Shown here: in pieces, positions 35,284 to 35,351 of the stretch | How the letters are laid out: each line of letters begins with the position of its first letter | How positions within the stretch are numbered: the first letter of the stretch is position 1 | Virus record (IMG/VR): IMGVR_UViG_3300020045_002310 | Location: 1 to 35,351 of that record | Reading direction: 5' to 3' (one strand) | DNA: 35,351 nt | From: a virus | Taxonomy: Duplodnaviria; Caudoviricetes | Notes under the pieces: generated by a model | What the model was told of the DNA's origin: nothing | Database searches by the model: none | Seen by the model: the letters and a program-made list of their open reading frames with translations, nothing else | Translations under genes and position numbers: made by a program

Positions 35284-35351
35284 CTCATTAGCTAATTTAT
35301 ATGAATACATATCATATACATTATATGGCGGTAAACGACTACTATATATCT

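Overview
AT-rich bacteriophage DNA of a Bacteroidota (probably Flavobacteriaceae) host, judged from TAnnTTTG promoters and gene content. From about 11 to 32 kb on the minus strand is a crAss-like (Crassvirales-type) virion and packaging module: terminase large subunit, ~800-aa portal, acidic scaffold-like protein, 504-aa major capsid protein, ring, auxiliary capsid and tail-hub-like proteins, tail fibres and a GIY-YIG endonuclease. It also carries a phage GroEL and a separate GroES-like gene. The left 7.6 kb holds a lysis cassette (holin, GH19 endolysin, probable unimolecular spanin) converging on small recombination/early genes (DUF3127, HNH-like, YqaJ exonuclease, YopX), and may come from a different phage lineage. 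After the strand switch at ~32.1-32.7 kb lies a mostly non-coding, RNA-structure-rich region. It contains the most notable feature: a circularly permuted (two-piece), minimised tmRNA gene (tag ANIFAINNAPVRLAA, no room for pseudoknot pk1), bracketed by two hairpins with the same loop, plus several unnamed structured RNA candidates. All family assignments come from reading motifs by eye, not from database searches.
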